The position numbers were made by a program, and so were the translations under genes. The notes below the pieces were generated by a model that was given only the letters and a program-made list of their open reading frames with translations, was not told where the DNA came from and did not search any database. A stretch of DNA of 43,981 nucleotides from an uncultured Gammaproteobacteria bacterium (lineage in GTDB: Bacteria > Patescibacteriota > Patescibacteriia > Patescibacteriales > UBA12465), in assembly GCA_964350915.1 (NCBI GenBank), contig CAYGLM010000002.1, positions 15,728-59,708 of the forward strand, written 5' to 3'. Of the stretch, positions 23,953 to 32,661 are shown piece after piece; position 1 is the first letter of the stretch; each line of letters starts with the position of its first letter.

Positions 23953-25632
23953 ATGGCACTAGCACAAAAATTTTCGAAATTGTCTTTGAAAGCGAAGACT
24001 AAGTGGGTTCTGGGTGTAATTCTACTATTTGTAGTCACAACCGCGTTAATAGCCGGGGGTAGTTATTATAATAATTTTGCGCGGTTTTTAGCAGATAAAA
24101 CTAGTAATGTCGTAATTTTACCCCAAGTTAAAGAATTACCTTTTAATCTAGGTTTAGATCTTCAGGGCGGCACACAGCTAGTCTATGAGGCTGATGTTAC
24201 TAAGATACCGGAAACTGACCGGGCTGATGCCTTAGAGTCTGCTAGAGACGTAATTGAACGTCGAGTCAATGCTTTTGGCGTTAGCGAGCCAATTGTACAG
24301 GTTAATAAGGGTGCACAGGGAGAATACAGAATTATCGCCGAGCTAGCTGGCGTTCGTGATGTTGAAGAAGCTATACAAATGATTGGTGAGACACCTTTAC
24401 TAGAGTTTAAAGAACAAAATTTAGAAGCGCTAAATGAACAATTAAGTGTTGTGGAAGAAGCAGGCGATGCGACAGAAAATCCAGAAGAAGCCGTGTCTAT
24501 TGAGGCTGTAACAGCTGAGGGAGAAGCGGTTGCTATCGAAAATATTGAACTTGAAACAGCAGAAGAAAACGTTGTTCCAGAAGACTTAAATTTAACATTT
24601 GATGAAAGCAATCTTTGGCAGAATACTGAGCTAACAGGTAAATATTTAAAACGTGCCACCTTGCAGTTTAATCCTAGCGACGGAACGCCGGAAGTTTCGC
24701 TAGAATTTAATTCTGATGGAGCGGCTTTATTTGAAGAAATAACTGCTAGAAACGTTGGACAGCCCGTAGCTATCTTTTTAGATGGTTATGTTATTAGTGC
24801 GCCAACAGTTAATGAAAAAATTTCTGGGGGCCAGGCAGTGATTTCTGGTCAGTTTAATGTGGAAGAAGCGAAGATGTTGGTTAGACGTCTAAATTCCGGT
24901 GCTCTGCCAGTACCAATCTCGTTAGTATCACAGAAAACAGTTGAAGCTAGCTTGGGCGCCAAGTCAATCTCTAATAGTCTTCAGGCAGGATTGATCGGTC
25001 TACTACTAGTTTCAATCTTTATGATTATAGTTTATCGTTTACCAGGACTTTTATCAGTTTTCTCTTTGGCGGCTTACGGCTTAACGATGTTAGCTATTTT
25101 TAAGGCTATTCCGATTATTATTGCTTTGCCCCTAATCTTTATTATGGTTGCTCTGATTTTCTATACTTTTAATGAAATAAAGATTTTTGATACTTCCTTA
25201 GCCTTCCTGTTTGCCTTGATTGGAATTCTACTATTTTTCTATGCGCTTAAGCCAGTAACCCTTTCTTTGTCTGGTATTGCCGGTTTAATTCTCTCCTTGG
25301 GCATGGCCGTAGATGCAAATATTTTGATTTTCGCTCGCATGAAAGAAGAACTTAAGCAGGGTAAAAATATTGGCCAGGCGATTGCTGACGGTTTTAAACG
25401 TGCTTGGCCTTCAATTAGAGACGGTAATATCACAGTTTTGCTTACTTGTTTAATCCTAATGTTCTTCGGTACTTCTTCTGTGCAAGGATTTGGCACCACT
25501 TTGTTTATTGGTATTTCCGTTTCCCTGTTCAGCGCTATTGGTATAACCAGAACCTTGCTGATTATTGTCGCTGGCGATTGGTTAGAGAAGAGGCGCTGGT
25601 TAGTGGGAGTTAAGAATATCAAGACCGAGTAG
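23953..25632 (+). CDS. secD: Protein translocase subunit SecD
   Basis: LGLDLQGGTQLVYEA, VDANILIFARMKEE, a C-terminal 6-TM bundle, and an acidic insertion in the periplasmic head. It is followed by secF. Confidence 0.9.
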   Translation: MALAQKFSKLSLKAKTKWVLGVILLFVVTTALIAGGSYYNNFARFLADKTSNVVILPQVKELPFNLGLDLQGGTQLVYEADVTKIPETDRADALESARDVIERRVNAFGVSEPIVQVNKGAQGEYRIIAELAGVRDVEEAIQMIGETPLLEFKEQNLEALNEQLSVVEEAGDATENPEEAVSIEAVTAEGEAVAIENIELETAEENVVPEDLNLTFDESNLWQNTELTGKYLKRATLQFNPSDGTPEVSLEFNSDGAALFEEITARNVGQPVAIFLDGYVISAPTVNEKISGGQAVISGQFNVEEAKMLVRRLNSGALPVPISLVSQKTVEASLGAKSISNSLQAGLIGLLLVSIFMIIVYRLPGLLSVFSLAAYGLTMLAIFKAIPIIIALPLIFIMVALIFYTFNEIKIFDTSLAFLFALIGILLFFYALKPVTLSLSGIAGLILSLGMAVDANILIFARMKEELKQGKNIGQAIADGFKRAWPSIRDGNITVLLTCLILMFFGTSSVQGFGTTLFIGISVSLFSAIGITRTLLIIVAGDWLEKRRWLVGVKNIKTE

Positions 25633-25664
25633 AGTTAATAAGTCTTTAGTCTTTAATTAAATAT

Positions 25665-26585
25665 ATGATTTATCGGATTATCCAAAAAAGAAAAATTTTC
25701 CTTAGCTTCTCGGCCTTATTAATGGCGGCTTCTCTTATTGCCTTGGCTACTTGGGGACTGAATTTCGGAGTTGATTTTAGTGGCGGTAGTTTATTGGAGG
25801 CGGAGTTTACTAATTATCAACCGACCATTACCGAGATACAGGACAGTCTGAAAGAGATTAATATTAATAACTTAGTCATCCAGCCAACAGAAGACAGTAC
25901 TTTCATTATTCGTTTTAAAGATACTAGTGAAGAAGTTCATAGTGCAGTTTTAGCTCAGCTTAACGGTTTGGCTGCTGCTCAAGAAGACGCTTCTTTCAAG
26001 GAATTGCGCCTTGATTTAGTGGGCCCTTCAATTGGTAGGGAGCTTAAAAGCAAGTCTTTTAATGCTTCAATTATCGTGCTAATCATGATTATTATCTATA
26101 TTTCCGTAGCTTTTAGGCGCGTTTCTAAGCCAATTGCTTCTTGGAAATATGGCATGGCTGCTATTATCGCCCTAGCTCATGATGTTTTGATAACTTTGGG
26201 TGCTTTCGCTGCGCTTGGACATTTTTATCATATTGAAATCAACACGCCCTTTATCGCCGCTATTTTAACTGTTTTAGGTTATAGCGTTAGTGATACTATC
26301 GTTGTTTTTGACCGTATCCGCGAAAATCTTCCTAAGAGTCATGAAGATTTTGAAAATACTATTAATACCAGCATCAACCAGACGATTTCCCGTTCTATCA
26401 ACACTTCTTTTTCCGCCATGCTCGCCTTGATGGCTATTTTATTGTTCGGCGGTAGTACTATTCGAGACTTTGCTCTTGCCCTTTTGATTGGTATTTTTGT
26501 CGGTACTTATAGTTCAATTTTCGTGGCTAGCCCAATTCTAGTTGTTTGGCACAAGCTGATGAAAAAATCTCACAATAAAGCTTAA
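25665..26585 (+). CDS. secF: Protein translocase subunit SecF
   Basis: LNFGVDFSGGSLLE, GYSVSDTIVVFDRIREN, SINQTISRSINTS. Confidence 0.9.
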   Translation: MIYRIIQKRKIFLSFSALLMAASLIALATWGLNFGVDFSGGSLLEAEFTNYQPTITEIQDSLKEININNLVIQPTEDSTFIIRFKDTSEEVHSAVLAQLNGLAAAQEDASFKELRLDLVGPSIGRELKSKSFNASIIVLIMIIIYISVAFRRVSKPIASWKYGMAAIIALAHDVLITLGAFAALGHFYHIEINTPFIAAILTVLGYSVSDTIVVFDRIRENLPKSHEDFENTINTSINQTISRSINTSFSAMLALMAILLFGGSTIRDFALALLIGIFVGTYSSIFVASPILVVWHKLMKKSHNKA

Positions 26586-26603
26586 ATTTCTGTTTAGTTA
26601 TTA

Positions 26604-26634
26604 AGAGGCTGGTTTTCCAGCCTCTTTTTATTTT
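26604..26634 (+). terminator. Rho-independent terminator after secF
   Basis: A perfect 9-bp stem pairs agaggctgg (26604..26612) with ccagcctct (26617..26625) around the loop tttt, followed by tttttatttt. Confidence 0.85.
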
Positions 26635-26636
26635 GC

Positions 26637-26642
26637 TATAAT
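26637..26642 (+). promoter_or_regulatory. -10 element (TATAAT) 7 nt upstream of a 5-codon mini-ORF that precedes the 26669 gene
   Basis: The sequence is gcTATAATtattaacATGAAACTAAAATGTTAGtATGAAACTAAAG. Confidence 0.4.
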
Positions 26643-26668
26643 TATTAACATGAAACTAAAATGTTAGT

Positions 26669-29017
26669 ATGAAACTAAAGTTATTTCCACGGCGTTTATC
26701 TTGGTGCGAATTTTTGGATACTATTATTGAGGCTAATTATTTAGCGATTATTTTTTTGGTGCCACTTTGGTTTGCTTATATATTTCCGACTTACCATATG
26801 TTCGAGTTGAACAAGATGGTAATTTTTCGAATTTTAGTGTGGACCTTATTTTTCTTGACTACCTGTCGCTTAGCAATTAATCTACCCATTAGGTTCGATA
26901 AAAGCAACCAACAGATTATAAAAGAATGGTTAAAAAAATATTTTTTAATTCCCGTCATCTTGCTTACAGGACTAATTTTAATTTTGCCATTTTCTCTTGA
27001 CGCTGCTAAAAGTTTTTTCGGTTCCTATGAACGCCAGCAGGGGCTTGCTAGTCAATTATACTATTTCTTCTGGGCGGCGTTAATGTTTTTTAATTTAGCT
27101 TTTACGACCACGTCTTTACTGCAGAAACGTTTGAAAAATATCGCCTTAGCCGCCGTTCTATCTGGATTTGTAGTGGCTGTCTACGGTATTTTACAAATTT
27201 TGAATATTGATTTTATAGCTTGGCCCGAACCACCGCATTTAACGGGCCGAACCATGTCTACCATAGGGCAACCGAATTTTCTTGCCTCCTTTCTTTTACT
27301 AGTTATTCCGCTAAGCGCATATTTAGCTTATGCCAGTAAGAATTTTTATCGCCGATCTTTTTTCGGAGCTGTCGTTATTTTACAAATTATTTGTTTATTC
27401 TTTACCGCTAGCCGTGGTGGTTTTTTGGCATTTTTTTTGATGCTAGTTGTTTTTGGTGGCTTTTTTCTGATAGCTAGTCGACTAAGCAAAAAAATTAAAA
27501 TCGGCATTGTTACTTTGTTAATTATTTTGGGTGTTAGCGGTTTAGGAATAATGGAATTAGTAACGCCGGGAAGAGTCAAAGAATCTTTTGATTTAAAAAG
27601 AGGTAGTTTGGCAGCTAGAGTTTTCTTTTTTCAGTCAGCCGCCGATGCTATTATAGAAAAACCTGTTTTTGGCTACGGTTTAGAAAATAGTGATGAAGTT
27701 TTTATTAGATATTATGAAAGAGATTGGGCATTATATGGACAAGTTAGCGCTAACGCTGATAGAGCCCATAATCTCATTCTAGATATTTTGTTAGTATCGG
27801 GATTTTTCGGCTTAATATTGTTTGGTATTTGGTATTATTCAGTTTTGCGTTTGGGTTGGCAGGAAAGTCGCAGGGGGAATAATCAATTTTTAGCTCTAGC
27901 ACTTTTCCTGGGACTTGTTGGTTACGTCGCTTCTTTACTTTTTAGCTTTACGATTGTCGCTGGCGAAGTATATTTCTGGTTATTTTTTGCTGTTCTAGCA
28001 GTAATTAGCGCTCGTTCTAATAATCAGCCGATTATTAATTTAGGCGCTTCTGCTAATTATTCTTTGACTTCTTCTTATCGAGTCTATGGACGGACCGCAG
28101 TTATTTTATTAGTTCTAGTTATATCAGGTTGGCAAATTTATCGCCACGCAACTACGCTGCGGGCTGATTATTATCAGAATGAAATAAATGCCGCTATCGG
28201 TGATTTGGATTTCGTATATGCTGCAGTTTTATATCAACAAACTCTCAATATAAATATTAATTCTGTTCAGAGGGAGAAGATTGATTATTTTTTTGGCAAT
28301 GCCTTAAGTAATTATTGTAGTTATAGTCCTTTTCGGGATGCGGCTGAGGAGCTAATCTTGAAAAGGAAAATTTCGGAAATTAGATTTCGTTTATCCGATT
28401 ATTCCTATGTAAATTTATTTTTGAAAGCTAAGTTAGCTAGTTGCCTCAACGAGCTAGAGGCGGCTGATTATTATTTTTCTTTAGTTACAGAAATATCTCC
28501 TGAATGGCCTTTAGTTCATTTAGCCAGAGGGCACCATTTTTACTTACACGGAAACATGACGGAAGCAGAGAAGTATTATCAACTAGCAGATATTAACCTC
28601 CCCGATCTTACTAGTCCGCTAATAAATCATGAACATCGCCAAGCAGTGATTAATTACAAATTTTTAATGTATAATAGTTTAGGAGAAGGTTATTTCCGCC
28701 AGAGAGAATATAGGCGAGCGGAGAAATTTTTTCAGGCAGCTTATCGGCAGCGCCCAGAAGAATATCCCCTACTTAAAAAAATTGCTGACTCTTATTATTT
28801 GCGTGGCGATTTAGATAATGCCCTTAAATATGTTAGGCAGGGATTACAATTTAGCCCCGGAGATTATAGTTGGTTTGTTGCCCTAGCAGCCTTAAATTTT
28901 GAAAAAGGTGATGTTTCAGAAGCAATCACGCAGATAGAAACAGCTATTTCTTTAGCTCCTGAAACAGAAAAATCGCGGCTTGAAAATTTGATAGCCGATT
29001 ATCAGAATAAACAATAA
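26669..29017 (+). CDS. O-antigen-ligase-like (Wzy_C family) polytopic membrane protein fused to C-terminal TPR repeats (782 aa)
   Basis: Wzy_C-type motifs FFTASRGGFLAFFLMLVVF and ADRAHNLILDILLVSGFFGLILF, with at least 10 TM helices. The C-terminal roughly 300 aa carry TPR-like repeats (e.g. YRRAEKFFQAAYRQRPEEY, GDLDNALKYVRQGLQFSPGDY). Confidence 0.75.
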   Translation: MKLKLFPRRLSWCEFLDTIIEANYLAIIFLVPLWFAYIFPTYHMFELNKMVIFRILVWTLFFLTTCRLAINLPIRFDKSNQQIIKEWLKKYFLIPVILLTGLILILPFSLDAAKSFFGSYERQQGLASQLYYFFWAALMFFNLAFTTTSLLQKRLKNIALAAVLSGFVVAVYGILQILNIDFIAWPEPPHLTGRTMSTIGQPNFLASFLLLVIPLSAYLAYASKNFYRRSFFGAVVILQIICLFFTASRGGFLAFFLMLVVFGGFFLIASRLSKKIKIGIVTLLIILGVSGLGIMELVTPGRVKESFDLKRGSLAARVFFFQSAADAIIEKPVFGYGLENSDEVFIRYYERDWALYGQVSANADRAHNLILDILLVSGFFGLILFGIWYYSVLRLGWQESRRGNNQFLALALFLGLVGYVASLLFSFTIVAGEVYFWLFFAVLAVISARSNNQPIINLGASANYSLTSSYRVYGRTAVILLVLVISGWQIYRHATTLRADYYQNEINAAIGDLDFVYAAVLYQQTLNININSVQREKIDYFFGNALSNYCSYSPFRDAAEELILKRKISEIRFRLSDYSYVNLFLKAKLASCLNELEAADYYFSLVTEISPEWPLVHLARGHHFYLHGNMTEAEKYYQLADINLPDLTSPLINHEHRQAVINYKFLMYNSLGEGYFRQREYRRAEKFFQAAYRQRPEEYPLLKKIADSYYLRGDLDNALKYVRQGLQFSPGDYSWFVALAALNFEKGDVSEAITQIETAISLAPETEKSRLENLIADYQNKQ

Positions 29018-29022
29018 TTTTT

Positions 29023-29787
29023 ATGTATTATTTCTTTATAGCAATTTCTGCTTTAGCTGGTTTAATAATTGGTAGTTTTCTTAACTGTCTGATTTGGCGA
29101 ATTTATAAAGAAGAAACAATGATGGGTCGTTCTTATTGTCCGCAGTGTTCGCATCAACTTGCCTGGAAAGATAATATTCCCATCTTTAGTTTCTTATGGT
29201 TGCGTGGGCGCTGTCGTTATTGTCAGCAACCGATTTCCTGGCAATATCCTTTAGTGGAATTTGTTACCGCTGTTTTATTTACTCTTTCTTTTGTTGTTAA
29301 TTCCAATTCTCCAGATTTACCGGCCTTATTAGCGCGCGATTGGCTTTTGATTTCTACTTTGATGGTTGTTTTTGTTTATGATTTACGCTGGCAAATGGTG
29401 CCGATGATTATTGTTTGGCCGATGATAGCTTTGGCGGCTGGTTTGAATCTGTTCATCGGTTATGGCTGGCAAGATATTTTCTTATTTGGCGCTCTAGGTG
29501 CTTTATTTTTTCTGATTCAGTATTTAGCCACTTCCCGTCGCGGCTTAGGAGAGGGTGATATTTGGCTTGGATTACTTATTGGCGTCTCTTTACCGCAGGC
29601 TGGATTATTAGCATTGGCTTTAGCCTTGGCTTACTTTTCTGGCGCTTTTGTCAGTCTTATTTTACTTGCTAGTCGTCAAGAGGGCTGGAAATCTAAAATC
29701 GCACTTGGCCCCTTTCTAGCTTTTGGTGCTATTATTACTCTAATTTATGGTGATAAGCTGCTCAACTGGTATTTGCGGCTGCTCTAG
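29023..29787 (+). CDS. pilD: Type IV prepilin peptidase (A24 family)
   Basis: Zn-finger region CPQCSHQLAWKDNIPIFSFLWLRGRCRYCQQPISWQYPLVE, and catalytic Asp contexts VFVYDLRWQMVP and GLGEGDIWLG. Confidence 0.85.
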   Translation: MYYFFIAISALAGLIIGSFLNCLIWRIYKEETMMGRSYCPQCSHQLAWKDNIPIFSFLWLRGRCRYCQQPISWQYPLVEFVTAVLFTLSFVVNSNSPDLPALLARDWLLISTLMVVFVYDLRWQMVPMIIVWPMIALAAGLNLFIGYGWQDIFLFGALGALFFLIQYLATSRRGLGEGDIWLGLLIGVSLPQAGLLALALALAYFSGAFVSLILLASRQEGWKSKIALGPFLAFGAIITLIYGDKLLNWYLRLL

Positions 29788-29789
29788 AA

Positions 29790-29818
29790 TTGTTAAAATC
29801 TTTTAAATTTTGTATAAT
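29790..29818 (+). promoter_or_regulatory. Sigma70-type promoter (TTGTTA-17-TATAAT) upstream of ftsA
   Basis: ttgtta at 29790..29795, a 17-nt spacer, and tataat at 29813..29818, about 70 nt upstream of the ftsA ATG. Confidence 0.55.
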
Positions 29819-29886
29819 ATTAACAGTAAATAATATTGTAAAAATATTGCGGTATTTTTATTAAAAGCGCAATTACAAGAATCACT

Positions 29887-31149
29887 ATGAAAGAAAATAT
29901 TATCGCCGGCCTGGACATCGGCTCCACCTCCATCCGCCTAGTTATCGGGCAAAGAATTTCTGGAGTCGCTGGCGATGAGCTCCAAATTATTGGTGCCGTT
30001 TCCGGCCCAACCGCTGGAGTTAATCGCGGTATCGTCAATAGTATCGAAGAAACTACTTCTTCGATTTCTGCTGTTTTAGAAAAAGCAGAAAGACTGGTTG
30101 GCGTTCCGATTAGTCGCGTCTGGGTGAGTATTAATGACCCTCATATTAAGTGTGAGCGCTCGAAGGGAGTGGTGGCGGTCGGCCGTAGCGACGGAGAAAT
30201 TGGCGACACGGATGTTAATCGAGCGATTGAAGCTGCTCGTGCTTTAGCTGTGCCGGTTAATTATGAAATTTTACATGTAATTCCGATAAGGTTTAGCGTT
30301 GATAATCAGGCCGATGTGAAGGATCCAATTGGCATGAATGGTATTAGGCTGGAGGTGGAGACTTTAATTGTTCAGGGATTAAGTACACAAATAAAAAATT
30401 TAACCAAAGCGATATATCGCACTGGTTTAGAAATTGAAGATTTAGTTTTAGCGCCGTTAGCGGCCGCTGAAGCGGTAGTTAGCTCCAAGCAAAAGGAATT
30501 AGGCGTTGCTTTGATTAATTTAGGCTCCTCGACAACCTCATTAGCAGTATATGAGGAGAGAAACTTGATTCACACCGCTATTTTGCCAATAGGAGCTGAG
30601 CATATTACCGCCGATGTTGCTATTGGCTTGCGCTGTCCAATTAATTTAGCCGAGCGTATTAAACGCGAATATGGCAGTGCTGCTATTTTTCAAAATGAAT
30701 CTGGAGAAGATGACATTGATATTTCTCGTTTAGTTAAAGAGGAAGAAATAAATGATGATATTCAAACAATTTCTCGTAAGTATGTTGCTGAAATTATTAA
30801 TGCCCGGGCTGAGGAAATTTTTGAGAAAGTTGATAATGAGTTTAAAAAAATTGATCGCTCTGGCATGTTGCCGGCCGGTGTTATTTTCGTCGGCGGCGGT
30901 TCAGAATTGGACGGACTGATTGAGGCGGCGAAGAAAAAATTACGCCTACCAGCAGCAGTTGGTGTTTCTAAAAATATTAATGTTGTTATTGATAAAGTAA
31001 AAAATCCAGAATTCTTGACCGCCCTTGGATTAGTTATCTGGGGAAGTAATGCGGATACGGACTTGGCTCCGGCCGGAAAATTTAAGAAGAACATTAGCGG
31101 ACTTTTGGACAAGACCAAGGGATTTTTTAACCGGATAATTCCAAAATAA
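29887..31149 (+). CDS. ftsA: Cell division protein FtsA
   Basis: Actin-fold motifs GLDIGSTSIRLVIG, LINLGSSTTSLAVY and VIFVGGGSELDGL; directly upstream of ftsZ. Confidence 0.9.
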   Translation: MKENIIAGLDIGSTSIRLVIGQRISGVAGDELQIIGAVSGPTAGVNRGIVNSIEETTSSISAVLEKAERLVGVPISRVWVSINDPHIKCERSKGVVAVGRSDGEIGDTDVNRAIEAARALAVPVNYEILHVIPIRFSVDNQADVKDPIGMNGIRLEVETLIVQGLSTQIKNLTKAIYRTGLEIEDLVLAPLAAAEAVVSSKQKELGVALINLGSSTTSLAVYEERNLIHTAILPIGAEHITADVAIGLRCPINLAERIKREYGSAAIFQNESGEDDIDISRLVKEEEINDDIQTISRKYVAEIINARAEEIFEKVDNEFKKIDRSGMLPAGVIFVGGGSELDGLIEAAKKKLRLPAAVGVSKNINVVIDKVKNPEFLTALGLVIWGSNADTDLAPAGKFKKNISGLLDKTKGFFNRIIPK

Positions 31150-31221
31150 TAAAAGAAATTTAAACATAAGAGCGCCCGGCTTTTCTAAAAATTTTAGAAG
31201 CTCTCAGGCGCGAATGATTGT

Positions 31222-32418
31222 ATGGCTGAAGTAAAACCAGAAATAGAAACATTTGCGAAGATAAAAGTCGTCGGTGTCGGCGGCGGCGGTAATTCCGCTA
31301 TCAATCGCATGATAGACAGTGGCGTCAAGGGCGTTGGCTTTGTCGCGGTAAATACTGACATCCAGGCCCTACATCATAACAAGGCCGGAGAAAAGATTCA
31401 CATCGGCAAAACGGTTACCAGGGGACTAGGAGCAGGGATGAATCCTGATTTGGGTAAAGCAGCCGCAGAGGAGTCGGAAAATGAGCTGAAGGAGGCCCTG
31501 AAGGGCTGTGACATGGTTTTTGTCACCTGTGGCTTAGGAGGAGGCACTGGCACAGGCGCTTCGCCGATTGTCGCGCAGATTGCCAAAGAGCAAGGAGCCT
31601 TAACGGTGGCGGTAATAACCAAGCCTTTTATGTTTGAAGGTGGACAGCGCAAAAATGTTGCTGACCGTGGTTTTGCTGAATTGGCTGACAAAGTAGATGC
31701 TATTATTACTATATCTAATGATAAATTATTGCAGGTTATAGATAAGAAAACCTCTTTGTTAGAGGCTTTCAAGATTGCCGATGATGTTTTGCGTCAGGGA
31801 GTTCAAGGAATTGCCGAGATAATTACGGTTCCTGGTGTTATCAATGCTGACTTTGCGGATGTTAAAACGATTATGTCTAACGCTGGTTCTGCCTTGATGG
31901 GCATTGGTACGGCCACGGGTGAAAATAAGGCCGTGGAGGCGGCTAAGCAGGCAATAAACTCGAATTTATTAGACATGTCTATTGATGGTGCCCGCGGTAT
32001 CGTCTTTACAGTTACTGGCGGTGCTGACTTGAGCATGTCTGAGGTTAACGAAGCGGCTAAGATTATTACTGCCGCTGCCGATGAGGACGCTAAGATTATC
32101 TTTGGCGCTGTCATCGATGAGAAACTAAAGGATCAGATTAAGATTACGGTAGTAGCGACTGGCTTTGATAGTCATAATCAGAATAAGAAGAGTGAAGCGG
32201 CTAAGCCAGCCTACACCCCTAACACCTTTATTTCGGAAAAGGAGAATGAAAAGGAAGATTTAGCGGCTCGCGAGGACAAAAACAAGACAAAATTTTCCTC
32301 AGTATTTAAGAATCTGCCACTTAAACCAACGCTGGATAATAGAAAGCCAGAAAAACCAGCGACAGAAGAAGATGATGACCTGAGCGTACCGGCTTTTATC
32401 AGAAAAAAGATGGGCTAG
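31222..32418 (+). CDS. ftsZ: Cell division GTPase FtsZ
   Basis: IKVVGVGGGGNSAINRM, tubulin signature GLGGGTGTGASP, and the C-terminal peptide DDDLSVPAFIRKK. Confidence 0.97.
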   Translation: MAEVKPEIETFAKIKVVGVGGGGNSAINRMIDSGVKGVGFVAVNTDIQALHHNKAGEKIHIGKTVTRGLGAGMNPDLGKAAAEESENELKEALKGCDMVFVTCGLGGGTGTGASPIVAQIAKEQGALTVAVITKPFMFEGGQRKNVADRGFAELADKVDAIITISNDKLLQVIDKKTSLLEAFKIADDVLRQGVQGIAEIITVPGVINADFADVKTIMSNAGSALMGIGTATGENKAVEAAKQAINSNLLDMSIDGARGIVFTVTGGADLSMSEVNEAAKIITAAADEDAKIIFGAVIDEKLKDQIKITVVATGFDSHNQNKKSEAAKPAYTPNTFISEKENEKEDLAAREDKNKTKFSSVFKNLPLKPTLDNRKPEKPATEEDDDLSVPAFIRKKMG

Positions 32419-32445
32419 GGCCAATAAAACATAAAGACTTAAAAG

Positions 32446-32472
32446 AGCCGTATCGATGATACGGCTTTTTAT
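32446..32472 (+). terminator. Rho-independent terminator after ftsZ
   Basis: A perfect 9-bp stem pairs agccgtatc (32446..32454) with gatacggct (32458..32466) around the loop gat, followed by ttttt. Confidence 0.85.
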
Positions 32473-32502
32473 ATTTATATTTATTTAATTTTAATTTTTA
32501 GC

Positions 32503-32511
32503 TGTGGATAA
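32503..32511. promoter_or_regulatory. Perfect consensus DnaA box (TTATCCACA, read on the - strand)
   Basis: tgtggataa at 32503..32511, in the AT-rich intergenic region upstream of the nrdR promoter. Confidence 0.45.
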
Positions 32512-32550
32512 CTTAAAAAATTCTCCCTAATTATTTTAAAATTAGCTGAA

Positions 32551-32579
32551 TTGACCCGAGGGTTAAATTTTGTTAAAAT
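32551..32579 (+). promoter_or_regulatory. Sigma70-type promoter of the nrdR-nrdD-nrdG operon (TTGACC-17-TAAAAT, with TG at -15/-14)
   Basis: ttgacc at 32551..32556, the 17-nt spacer cgagggttaaattttgt, and taaaat at 32574..32579. Confidence 0.55.
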
Positions 32580-32587
32580 AGGAATAC

Positions 32588-32636
32588 ATACAACATTTAG
32601 TGGCCAGGGCACTAAAAAGTCCACAAAATATGGTTT
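32588..32636 (+). promoter_or_regulatory. Two NrdR-box-like 16-mers immediately downstream of the -10 element
   Basis: atacaacatttagtgg (32588..32603) and ccacaaaatatggttt (32621..32636) each match about 12/16 positions of the published consensus acaCwAtATaTwGtgt as I recall it. They are offset by about 31-33 bp, roughly three helical turns. Confidence 0.5.
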
Positions 32637-32661
32637 TTCCTGGGAAAATCAATAAAAGCTT

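Noticed and set aside
24183-24659. 158-aa minus-strand ORF inside secD. Similar antisense or off-frame ORFs occur at 25239..25622, 30762..31118, 31398..32114, 10397..10815 and 14570..14999, among others.
   Set aside because: All lie inside strongly supported conserved genes, have low-complexity composition and show no recognisable motifs. They are typical shadow ORFs.
32420-32661. Chromosomal replication origin, suggested by an AT-rich region with a DnaA box
   Set aside because: There is only one perfect DnaA box and no clustered boxes, dnaA or dnaN nearby. The region is otherwise explained by a terminator, a promoter and NrdR boxes.
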